From NCBI GenBank assembly GCA_043818155.1, contig JBDRGB010000006.1:1-37489 (forward strand): 37,489 bases of DNA, in the 5' to 3' direction. Shown in pieces: positions 1 to 7,824 of this stretch; the first letter of the stretch is position 1, and every line of letters starts with the position of its first letter. A program made the translations under genes and the position numbers. Below the pieces are notes generated by a model. That model was not told the origin of the DNA and did not search any database. It saw only the letters and a program-made list of their open reading frames with translations. Source of the stretch: Candidatus Aenigmatarchaeota archaeon. Its GTDB lineage: Archaea > Aenigmatarchaeota > Aenigmatarchaeia > CG10238-14 > SCSR01.

Positions 1-2400
1 GGCTGGTCCGCAATGACCCAGCGCGTGGCCGGTTCGTTGCGCGCCGCATCCCAGTCCCTGATGGCGAATTCGCCTGCACGGACCGTCTTCGGGATGCTGA
101 GAACGGCGCTGGAATCCATTTCGCCGAGCGCCATAGCCGGCAGGCTCGCTTCGCTTTCAAAAACGATCGTGCAGGCCGCGGCCCCGACCGCCTTGGCGGG
201 CCGCACGGCGTCGATTGCGAGGGCTCTGTCGCAGCAGTTTGGGTTGCTGAGCGTTACCATCCAGTCTTTCGAGTTCACCTACAATAGGATTGCCAGCGCG
301 TACATTACAACTGCCGGCGCGGTTGCAAGAGGCTTCGAGGCGGTGAGGGCGATACAGCAGTTCGTTGCCGCCAACATCGTCTCGTCCAGAATCTCGGCCG
401 TGACAAAGGCCGTGGCGCAGTCGCTCGCTTTCGGCCAGTACGTGGAGAAAGTCTTCGGGATTCTGCGCTGGGCGGCGCAGTCTCTTTCGGCCGAAACCGT
501 GGCCGGAAGGCTTGCGCTGCTCGCGCGCGCAGTGCCGCAGAACATCGATGCCGCTGTAATCGCATCAAGAGCCGCGTCAATATTCAGGACGCTGTCGCAG
601 TCCTTCGCGGCCGCAGACCTGTCGAAGACGCTGTCGTCCTTCGGCCGGGCCTTGGCGCAAGCGATCGGTGAGAACATCGCGATAGCCAGAGCGCAATCCC
701 TGTACAAGACCTTGTCGCAGTCGCTCGCCGCGAACGCCATCGCATCAAGGATACCGATAGTCATGAAAACGCTTACTCAGGCAGCCTCCGTCGAAGCGCT
801 GTCGACAAGGCTGGCGCATGCGTCAAGGACCATAGCGCAAAGCGCCAACGTCGGCCTGGCTATGGGCAGGATACGGGACGTTTTCAGGTCGATGACGCAA
901 TCGGTGTCCGCGACAATGCAGGCAAACACGCTCGATATCTACAGCAGGATAGCGAACGCGGTCACGCCGATCACGGCCAGCGTCGCGAAGCTGCGCCAGG
1001 CCGGCAGGCTGGCAACGCAATCCCTGCCCGTGTCAGGCAATGTGGCTCGCGTTTTTGACGGCATCAGGGCGGCGTTGCAGTCGCTCGGCTGGTCGGCGAT
1101 GCCGCAGCGCGTGGCGGTTTCGCTGCGCGCGACGTCCCAGTCTCTGGCATCTAACTCGGCCGCAGGCACCCTCTTCGGAATATTGAGAACGGCGCTCCAA
1201 ACGCTTTCGCCCGACGCGATAGCCGGCAGGCTCGCTTCGCTTTCCAAAGTCCTAGCGCAGGCGGTTGCGACGAACGCCTTGGCGGGCCGCGTGGCGTCGA
1301 TTACCAGGACGCTGTCTCAGTCGTTCGGTCTATTCGACATAACCAGGCAGTCGTTCGAGCTGACCTACAACAAACTAGTCACCGCGTACATCACGGCCGC
1401 CGACGCGGTCGCGCGAGGCTTCGACGCAGCCAGGGCGATACCGCAGTCGGTCGCTACGAATGTCATCCCGTCCAGAATATCGTACGCGATAAAGAATATC
1501 GCGGCGCAGCTCCAGGCGTCGCTGATAGCCGGCAGGTTCTCGGCCGTGACCAAGGCTGTGTCGCAGTCGCTCGATTTCGGACAGCGCATAGACAAGGCCT
1601 TCGGAATCCTGCGATGGGCGACGCAGTCCCTTTCGGCAGATGCGGTGGCCGCGAGGCTGGCGACAATAGCGCGCGCGGTGCCGCAGGCGCTCGGCCCCGC
1701 CGCCATCGCGGCTAGGGTTGCATCGATGTTCAGGACGTTGTCGCAGAGCGTCTCGTACTCTTCGCAGATATACAACCTTGTGTTCAAGTCGTACGAGACT
1801 TTCGCCACCGCGGCGATGCAGGTAACCGGGAACGCGGGTAGGCTCGTTTCCGCGCTCAGGACGACGATGCAGTCGCTGGCCGCGGACATCGCCGCGCGCA
1901 GGATTTTCGGTGGCATCGCCACGGCAGGCGATGCGCTCGGCATAAGTTCTGCAGCGGCGCGCGTGGGTGAGGCTGTCAGGAATGTGCCGCAGTCGCTGTA
2001 CTCGGCGTCAGCCGCGGCCAGCGCGTTCGTGAGGTCCAGGGTGGCGATGCTCGGGCTGGCGCTCGGCGACGTAGCTGGCAGGCTGGCGTCGGTTTCGAGA
2101 ATCACGGCGCAGCTGCTCTCGGTGGAAAACGCGGCCAAGCTTCCGTCGTTCGCGTACGACAGGATCACGGCGCTCGCGGTGTCGATATCGGACGCGCTGC
2201 AAAAGCTGAGGATGGCGGGCAGGGCAGTGACTGGCGCGCTCACGCTGACGGACGCGGCAGGAAGGATGGTTGAGTTCGCCAGGGCAACCGGGCACCAGCT
2301 TAGCGCGGCTTCGGTCGTTGCGAGAGCTGCGTCGTTCCAGAGGAACCTGTTCACCGCGCTGTCGGTGCTGTTCGGATGGTTCTTCAGGTTCCCGGCATGG
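1..2400 (+). repeat. Coding tandem repeat of about 39 units of 20 aa, with a higher-order 1086-nt duplication
   Basis: Units such as KAVAQSLAFGQYVEKVFGIL, RWAAQSLSAETVAGRLALLA and RAVPQNIDAAVIASRAASIF have R/K at position 1, Q at 5 and R/K at 15. Bases 1-603 recur at 1087-1749 with one extra 60-nt unit. Confidence 0.9.
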
Positions 2401-4401
2401 GCTTACTCGTCGCAGCCGACGTGCGAGGCGGCCGGATACTACTGGTGCTCGGGCGCGTGCACCACGATGTCGTGCGACACGCGTCACAACGTCACGTATG
2501 CAAACGTGACCGCCGACCAGCAGATGCAGGTCAACGCGACCGGCACGAACGTGTCGATAGCGCTTTTGTCGAACACCACGCTCAACAACGTCGCTTTCGA
2601 CACGTGGTCCTACGAGGACACGCCCGCAGCGACCACGCTCGCCGCTGACATGGACACGCAGAGCCTGAAATATTTCAATGTCACAGCAAACAGCACGCTC
2701 AACGCGACCGTGCTGCAGTGGCTGATGATGAAGTTCGAGTACACCGATTCCGAGGTTTCCACGGCCGGTCTTGCGGAGAGCACGCTGTCGATGTACACGT
2801 ACAACGAGACGCTCGGTTTGTGGGTGCAACTCAGTAACAGCAGCGCAGGCGTGTTCGCGACTGGCATCGATACCGCGGCGAAGTACGCGTGGGTCAACAA
2901 GACGAACATGAGTCTGTATGCGCTGGGCGGGCTGTACGTGAACGGCCATGTATGTTCGGTGTCGGCCGAGTGCTACTCGGGCGCCTGCTGCTCGAGCACT
3001 TGCCAGAACAGCTGCGCTGCAACGCCGTCGCCGACGCCATCGCCAGGAGGTGGAGGAGGATCGATTATAACCCCGCCGGCCGAGTCGGACGTGAAGTACA
3101 AAAAGATAGCGGTGCTCAGGGAAGTAATGCCAGGCCAAGCCGTTGTCGTGGTCGTGGAGGTGAAGAACGAGGGCGCGATCGCGCAGAAGGGCATGGAACT
3201 GACCGTGTCGGGCATGCCCGCGAGCTGGATATCCAAGAGCGTCAGCAGCGTCGACGTGCAGTCGTCTGACTCGAAGGGCTTCAACATCATCGTCAGCCCG
3301 CCAACGGACGCAATCCCCGGCGACTACAAGGTCACGCTGAACCTGAAGAACGCTGTCATGGAGTCGGAGAGCTTCTTCATAGTGAGGGTTAGGAACATAC
3401 CTGCGGACTACGACAAGCCGATCGTGTTGAGGCAGGTGAACATAGACAAGGAAAGTGGCCGTACGGACGTGGGCATAGTCGTGAGCAACCCCTATAGGGA
3501 TTACGAGCGCGTCGATGTTATAGAGAGCATACCGAGAGAGCTTGCGAACTCCATCGAGTATGTGGACTTTGACACGAAGCCGAGCACGATTGTCAGGAAC
3601 GATCTGATAGTGATGTGGAGCATCACAGGCATGGCCGCGGGCGAAACGCGCACGTTCTCGTACTCAGTGTCGAATGTGCTCGACGAGTTCGCGCCCTACA
3701 TATACTGGCCGCTGAGGCAGCTGAACGTGATAGCGGCGACCGCGCCCTCCACCATGAAGCTTACGGGATTCGCGGTCCCGTACTTCACGCCGGGGCTGAG
3801 CTCCGACATCAGGTTCAAGGTCAGGAACACGGACGCAGTGCCGCACGACTTCACGTTCGGCATGGAGCTGCCGGCGGGCTGGAAGATGAACCCGGAGGGC
3901 ATAAAGGAAACGTTGGCGGCGGGCGAGGAGAAGGAGTTCAGGGTATCTGTAACGCCGGCGGCTGACGCGAAGGCCGGCAGGCACATGGTAAGGGCGGCGT
4001 TCGGATGGGACGACACGCACGTGATAAAGGAGTACGTCGCGGAAACTGCTACGGCCGGACTGTCGCTTGTGCTGATCGCGGCTGTCGGCGCAGTCTTCGC
4101 AATCGGCGCATGGTACGGCTACCGCATTAGGGCACAGGTCAGGCCGCAGGTCCGCGACAGGCTCGCCATGAACGAGAAGCTCGGCCGCATAAGGGACGCC
4201 ATACGCGCGTCGCGGCCGGTGCCCGCTGGACGCGGCGCGCTCGAGTCCGAACTGAGGTCCGTGCGGGAGTTGAGAACAGGCATCGAACTGTCCGCACGGC
4301 ATGACAAGGGAAGGCCGATTCCGGGCAGGTTGGCTGCGGTACATCAAGTCAGGAACATTCTACGGCGGAGGAGCAGGCCATGGCGCGACTATTGGAGCTG
4401 A
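1..4401 (+). CDS. Giant membrane-anchored surface protein, probably 5'-truncated by the window edge: 20-aa repeat region, Cys-rich motifs, sequon-rich domain, Ig-like (NEW3/CARDB-like) domains, C-terminal TM helix
   Basis: The frame is open from base 1 (GWSAM..., matching the internal copy at 1087), so the ATG at 13 is probably not the true start. Contains Cys motifs CEAAGYYWCSGAC and CSVSAECYSGACCSSTC, many N-x-S/T sequons, a TPSPTPSPGGGGG linker, and TM GLSLVLIAAVGAVFAIGAWYGY followed by a basic tail. Confidence 0.85.
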   Translation, partial: GWSAMTQRVAGSLRAASQSLMANSPARTVFGMLRTALESISPSAIAGRLASLSKTIVQAAAPTALAGRTASIARALSQQFGLLSVTIQSFEFTYNRIASAYITTAGAVARGFEAVRAIQQFVAANIVSSRISAVTKAVAQSLAFGQYVEKVFGILRWAAQSLSAETVAGRLALLARAVPQNIDAAVIASRAASIFRTLSQSFAAADLSKTLSSFGRALAQAIGENIAIARAQSLYKTLSQSLAANAIASRIPIVMKTLTQAASVEALSTRLAHASRTIAQSANVGLAMGRIRDVFRSMTQSVSATMQANTLDIYSRIANAVTPITASVAKLRQAGRLATQSLPVSGNVARVFDGIRAALQSLGWSAMPQRVAVSLRATSQSLASNSAAGTLFGILRTALQTLSPDAIAGRLASLSKVLAQAVATNALAGRVASITRTLSQSFGLFDITRQSFELTYNKLVTAYITAADAVARGFDAARAIPQSVATNVIPSRISYAIKNIAAQLQASLIAGRFSAVTKAVSQSLDFGQRIDKAFGILRWATQSLSADAVAARLATIARAVPQALGPAAIAARVASMFRTLSQSVSYSSQIYNLVFKSYETFATAAMQVTGNAGRLVSALRTTMQSLAADIAARRIFGGIATAGDALGISSAAARVGEAVRNVPQSLYSASAAASAFVRSRVAMLGLALGDVAGRLASVSRITAQLLSVENAAKLPSFAYDRITALAVSISDALQKLRMAGRAVTGALTLTDAAGRMVEFARATGHQLSAASVVARAASFQRNLFTALSVLFGWFFRFPAWAYSSQPTCEAAGYYWCSGACTTMSCDTRHNVTYANVTADQQMQVNATGTNVSIALLSNTTLNNVAFDTWSYEDTPAATTLAADMDTQSLKYFNVTANSTLNATVLQWLMMKFEYTDSEVSTAGLAESTLSMYTYNETLGLWVQLSNSSAGVFATGIDTAAKYAWVNKTNMSLYALGGLYVNGHVCSVSAECYSGACCSSTCQNSCAATPSPTPSPGGGGGSIITPPAESDVKYKKIAVLREVMPGQAVVVVVEVKNEGAIAQKGMELTVSGMPASWISKSVSSVDVQSSDSKGFNIIVSPPTDAIPGDYKVTLNLKNAVMESESFFIVRVRNIPADYDKPIVLRQVNIDKESGRTDVGIVVSNPYRDYERVDVIESIPRELANSIEYVDFDTKPSTIVRNDLIVMWSITGMAAGETRTFSYSVSNVLDEFAPYIYWPLRQLNVIAATAPSTMKLTGFAVPYFTPGLSSDIRFKVRNTDAVPHDFTFGMELPAGWKMNPEGIKETLAAGEEKEFRVSVTPAADAKAGRHMVRAAFGWDDTHVIKEYVAETATAGLSLVLIAAVGAVFAIGAWYGYRIRAQVRPQVRDRLAMNEKLGRIRDAIRASRPVPAGRGALESELRSVRELRTGIELSARHDKGRPIPGRLAAVHQVRNILRRRSRPWRDYWS

Positions 4402-4435
4402 AAAATAAGCGGTATGAAAACGAAAAGTGATATAG

Positions 4436-5713
4436 ATGAAACCGGAAAACTTGCGCATTGCCGGCCGGAGAAGCGCGCTGCTGCTCGCGGCCGCGGTGCT
4501 GTCCGTATGCGTGTTCCTAGCGACAGCTACGAATTGTTTTTCCTACGAGTACTACTCCAAATACGGAGTCGGGCTATACGCAGGTGAGATAGTCGACATG
4601 ACTGTCATCCCGGCAAAGCCGAAGGTGTTCGAGGACGCCACGGTCACGGTAACCGCCCGAAACCTGCAAGACCAGAACAACGAATACTTGTTAAGCATGT
4701 TCTCCGCCAAAGACGGCCAAGTGTTGGACGAGAACGAATTGACATTCAAAATCAACCCAGGAAAGGACATAACGGTCTCAATCGCATTTTCGCCGACAAG
4801 AATCGGCAAGTACACGATCGTCGCCAAGCTGTACGACAAATACAAGTCCGTCCTTTACAGCGAGCGCGTCCTGGACGTTGAGGTAGTCAGCGAGATAGGG
4901 CCGTTCGACGTGCAGCTCGACGTGTTGTCTAGGAACATAAGGCCGGGTTACGAGATACCGCTTCTGATCAGCCTGAAACACATGGGCATGAGCGGCACCG
5001 ACGTGAAGGTGTCCGTGTACATGGACTGCGCGGACGGCGGGAGGTACAAGGACTTTTCCGTGTTTGTCGACGGCGGAGGCAAGGTGGACAAGACGTTCAG
5101 CATACAGGCGTGCGAGCAGGAGGGCTACCATGAGATAACTGCGAAGGTGGTCATGTTCGACAGCGTGCTGGCCCAGTCTACCGGCAACGTATTCATAAGA
5201 GAGTCCCAGAAAGACATCTACGTGCGGGCGCCCGACCGCATAGAGGCGAGGAAGGGTTCGTCAAAGGTTTTCGACGTCTACGTCAGGAACGACTATAACA
5301 TAACCGTACACAACCTGAAGCTGGCGCTCGTCGGCCTGCCAGAAGGATGGCTGTATATATCGCCGGGCAACGTGGCGTCCATAGACGCCAACGAAAGCGC
5401 GCTGTTCGTCGTGAACATGACCATCCCGGCCGACGCGGCTGCCATCGAATACCCGCTTGTCGTTTCGGTGGGATGCGACGAAACGCTGACGCAGAAGGAA
5501 TCCATGCTCAAGGTCCTCCAGCCAGGCGCTGTCTACACGCGGCCTGCTGGGGAGGCGCTGCCATACGACTCGGCGCTACTCAAGGCGGCGGCAGTAGTCA
5601 TTGTCGTCGCCGTTGCAGCGGTTGTAGTCTGGCATTTCAGGAACATGCGTGTGTCGGGCGCGAGGAAGACCGTCTTGGCAAAAGTAAAGGATATGATTAG
5701 GGCGAACGAATAG
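4436..5713 (+). CDS. Secreted, membrane-anchored protein with Ig-like (CARDB/NEW3-like) domains
   Basis: N-terminal signal peptide (RRSALLLAAAVLSVCVFLA), beta-rich domains (GLPEGW...IPADAAAIEYPL), C-terminal TM AAAVVIVVAVAAVVVWHF plus a basic tail. Confidence 0.8.
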   Translation: MKPENLRIAGRRSALLLAAAVLSVCVFLATATNCFSYEYYSKYGVGLYAGEIVDMTVIPAKPKVFEDATVTVTARNLQDQNNEYLLSMFSAKDGQVLDENELTFKINPGKDITVSIAFSPTRIGKYTIVAKLYDKYKSVLYSERVLDVEVVSEIGPFDVQLDVLSRNIRPGYEIPLLISLKHMGMSGTDVKVSVYMDCADGGRYKDFSVFVDGGGKVDKTFSIQACEQEGYHEITAKVVMFDSVLAQSTGNVFIRESQKDIYVRAPDRIEARKGSSKVFDVYVRNDYNITVHNLKLALVGLPEGWLYISPGNVASIDANESALFVVNMTIPADAAAIEYPLVVSVGCDETLTQKESMLKVLQPGAVYTRPAGEALPYDSALLKAAAVVIVVAVAAVVVWHFRNMRVSGARKTVLAKVKDMIRANE

Positions 5714-5746
5714 TTTATTGTACGCGAAACTCTGCGAGGCGCTTCG

Positions 5747-6940
5747 ATGGCGAGATCGACCGTGATCGGGATACTTTCGGGCAAGGGCGGAGTGGGGAAG
5801 ACCACGATAACGGCCAATCTGGGCGCTGCCCTCGCGCACGATTTCGGAAGGAAGGCGCTGGTAATCGACAGCAACATCAAGACCTCGCACCTCGGGCTGC
5901 ACTTCGGGGTGTACGACGAGTTCCCGGTCACGCTCCGCGACGTGCTGGACAGGAAGGTTCCGCCGATGTACGCAATCTACATGCACCCGGCGAGCGGCCT
6001 GCGCATGCTGCCCGCGCCGATGAAGGACGGCAGCATGCTGCGCAACATGGACGCCGTGGTGGGCCAGCTCAGGCGGACGTACGACCCGATAATCGTGGAC
6101 TGCGCACCCGGGCTCGGGAGCGATGCCATCATAGCAGCGAAGGCCATCGACAAGGCCATAATAGTCACGACGCCCGACCTCCCCGCATTCACGGACGCGC
6201 TGAAGACCATCGACCTACTAAAAAGGCTGCGCAAGGACGTGCTGGGAATCGTGATGAACCGCGTGCGCGGGGAGAGGTACGAGCTGACGAGGGAGGAGAT
6301 CGAGCAGACGTCCGGACAGGAAGTGATAGCCGTCATCCCGGAAACCACGAGGATACCCGAATCCATCGCGGCCGGTTCGCCGATAGTCATAAGCTCTAAC
6401 TCGGGCGCGGCTGCGGAGTTCAAAAAGCTGGCGGCCGCTATCGCCGGCGTGCGGTACGTGCCGGACGGGATATTCGGCAGGCTTGCCAACGTATTCGGCA
6501 GGCTTGCCAACGTCTTCAATTTCAATTTTTCAGCGTTGGACGGCGCGAGGGCCAGAAAGGAAACGAACGTCTTCGTCCGCGAAGCGGCTGCTGGAGGCGA
6601 ATCAGATGCCGTGGAAGTGCCGGAGGCGGAAGGGTATGAGGAAGGCGAACCGAAGCCGTTCCGGGCGCAGAAAATAAAGCCGCAGATAAACAGGACGGGC
6701 GGTGCGTGGAAGTCGGCGAGAAGCGCCGCCAGATACATAAACCCGCGCAGGCGTGAAGCCGAGGCCGCCGAGCATGAGGTCGAGGCCGTGGCTGACCTGA
6801 GGCGCGGGCTGCCGGCCGCGGCGAAGCCGGACAACATGGGCCCGTACAGGGGCTTCGCGAGGAGCGGCGCGGCCGCTGACATGGAGACGGAGATACTGAG
6901 GAAGGTGAAGGCAAGGTTAAAGGCGAAGCTCGGCCGTTGA
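5747..6940 (+). CDS. minD: MinD/ParA-family ATPase (archaeal MinD-like) with long C-terminal extension
   Basis: Deviant Walker A SGKGGVGKTT, IIVDCAPG, IVTTPD, GIVMNRV, and an amphipathic GIFGRLANVF segment. Confidence 0.88.
   Translation: MARSTVIGILSGKGGVGKTTITANLGAALAHDFGRKALVIDSNIKTSHLGLHFGVYDEFPVTLRDVLDRKVPPMYAIYMHPASGLRMLPAPMKDGSMLRNMDAVVGQLRRTYDPIIVDCAPGLGSDAIIAAKAIDKAIIVTTPDLPAFTDALKTIDLLKRLRKDVLGIVMNRVRGERYELTREEIEQTSGQEVIAVIPETTRIPESIAAGSPIVISSNSGAAAEFKKLAAAIAGVRYVPDGIFGRLANVFGRLANVFNFNFSALDGARARKETNVFVREAAAGGESDAVEVPEAEGYEEGEPKPFRAQKIKPQINRTGGAWKSARSAARYINPRRREAEAAEHEVEAVADLRRGLPAAAKPDNMGPYRGFARSGAAADMETEILRKVKARLKAKLGR
6471..6512 (+). repeat. Perfect 21-nt tandem duplication within minD
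   Basis: TATTCGGCAGGCTTGCCAACG occurs at 6471-6491 and 6492-6512, encoding FGRLANV twice. Confidence 0.95.
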
Positions 6941-6964
6941 CGAAAGGATGGGAGGCGGGTTGTT

Positions 6965-7318
6965 ATGGACTGGAGACGCATAGTAAGCAAGGCGCGGGCC
7001 GAGGAGGGCGAAGACGGGGTTGAGCCAGGAAGCTCGGACGTGCTCGCGGACGGGATAGCGGATATCATCGTCGAAGCGGAGCGCAGGAACGCGGCCGAGC
7101 TCGGGAAACTGAGGGTCAGGGTCGAGACGCTCGAGCGGAGGCTGTCGAAGAAACAGGCAGCAGCGGTTCCGCAGGAGGCAGGCGACGCGAAGGCCGGACG
7201 CGAACGGTCGGAACCCAGCGAAATGGAGCTGTTGCTTGACCTACACGGCCAGATCGAAGACCTGCGCACATCCATGGTCAAGCTGAGCAACAGGATGAAG
7301 GCGCTCGCAGGCGAATGA
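6965..7318 (+). CDS. Hypothetical coiled-coil protein
   Basis: GGAGG upstream of the ATG, heptad-like segments (LGKLRVRVETLERRL, LHGQIEDLRTSMVKL), host-like codon usage. Confidence 0.7.
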   Translation: MDWRRIVSKARAEEGEDGVEPGSSDVLADGIADIIVEAERRNAAELGKLRVRVETLERRLSKKQAAAVPQEAGDAKAGRERSEPSEMELLLDLHGQIEDLRTSMVKLSNRMKALAGE

Positions 7319-7386
7319 AACTGCGGCCGCGGCCGCCTTTGCTCCAAACCTATTCCTAACTTTATTATCCCCGGCCGAGAGAATAA

Positions 7387-7394
7387 TATATAAA
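7387..7394 (+). promoter_or_regulatory. Putative TATA box for the eS26 gene
   Basis: TATATAAA in an AT-rich intergenic patch about 55 nt before the ATG at 7447. Confidence 0.5.
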
Positions 7395-7446
7395 GAACAA
7401 CGCACTGGATATTTCAAAGGAGTTCGAAGAAAGCCGAAGTGATAGC

Positions 7447-7734
7447 ATGCCGATAAGCACAGCGCCTTACAAGCGCGAGTACCGCCACACCAAGAGCCGC
7501 GGGGGCGAGCAGATGGTCACTTGCGACTCGTGCGGCCGCCAGGTGCCGAGGTATAAGACCTTTACCAGGACCCGCGGGTTCAGCTTGGGCGACCCTTCAC
7601 TGATGAGGCAGGTCGACAGGAGGATGGTGCACCTGATGCGCAGGATCGAGAGGTTCTGTCCTGCGTGCGCGAGGTCGAGGGGCGTGTCGCAGCCGGGCAA
7701 GTCCGTGAGGAAGAAGTACGAAGGCCGCATGTGA
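7447..7734 (+). CDS. rps26e: 30S ribosomal protein S26e (eS26)
   Basis: Basic 95-aa protein with V-T-CDSCGRQVPRYK and FCPACA zinc ligands spaced as in eS26. Confidence 0.8.
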   Translation: MPISTAPYKREYRHTKSRGGEQMVTCDSCGRQVPRYKTFTRTRGFSLGDPSLMRQVDRRMVHLMRRIERFCPACARSRGVSQPGKSVRKKYEGRM

Positions 7735-7824
7735 CCATGCAAGCTGCCGCAGCCGATCTGCTCCTTTGAGTGTTCTGTGTGTATGTTCGACCGTTAGTAC
7801 CCGGTCCGTGCGGGCGATGCTCTG

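Noticed and set aside
1-2400. 60-nt periodicity as a possible CRISPR array
   Set aside because: The repeat is conserved at protein level within an open frame, with no invariant DNA repeat and unique spacer pattern.
7323-7336. 14-bp palindrome GCGGCCGCGGCCGC after the 6965-7318 gene
   Set aside because: Single low-complexity GC run in a GC-rich genome, with no supporting context.
5977-7347. Long antisense or alternate-frame ORFs (also 2008-3138, 7894-9105, 16627-17874, 19615-20967, 23119-24330, 31121-32206)
   Set aside because: They shadow well-supported genes and are expected from strong GC3 bias. No recognisable domains.
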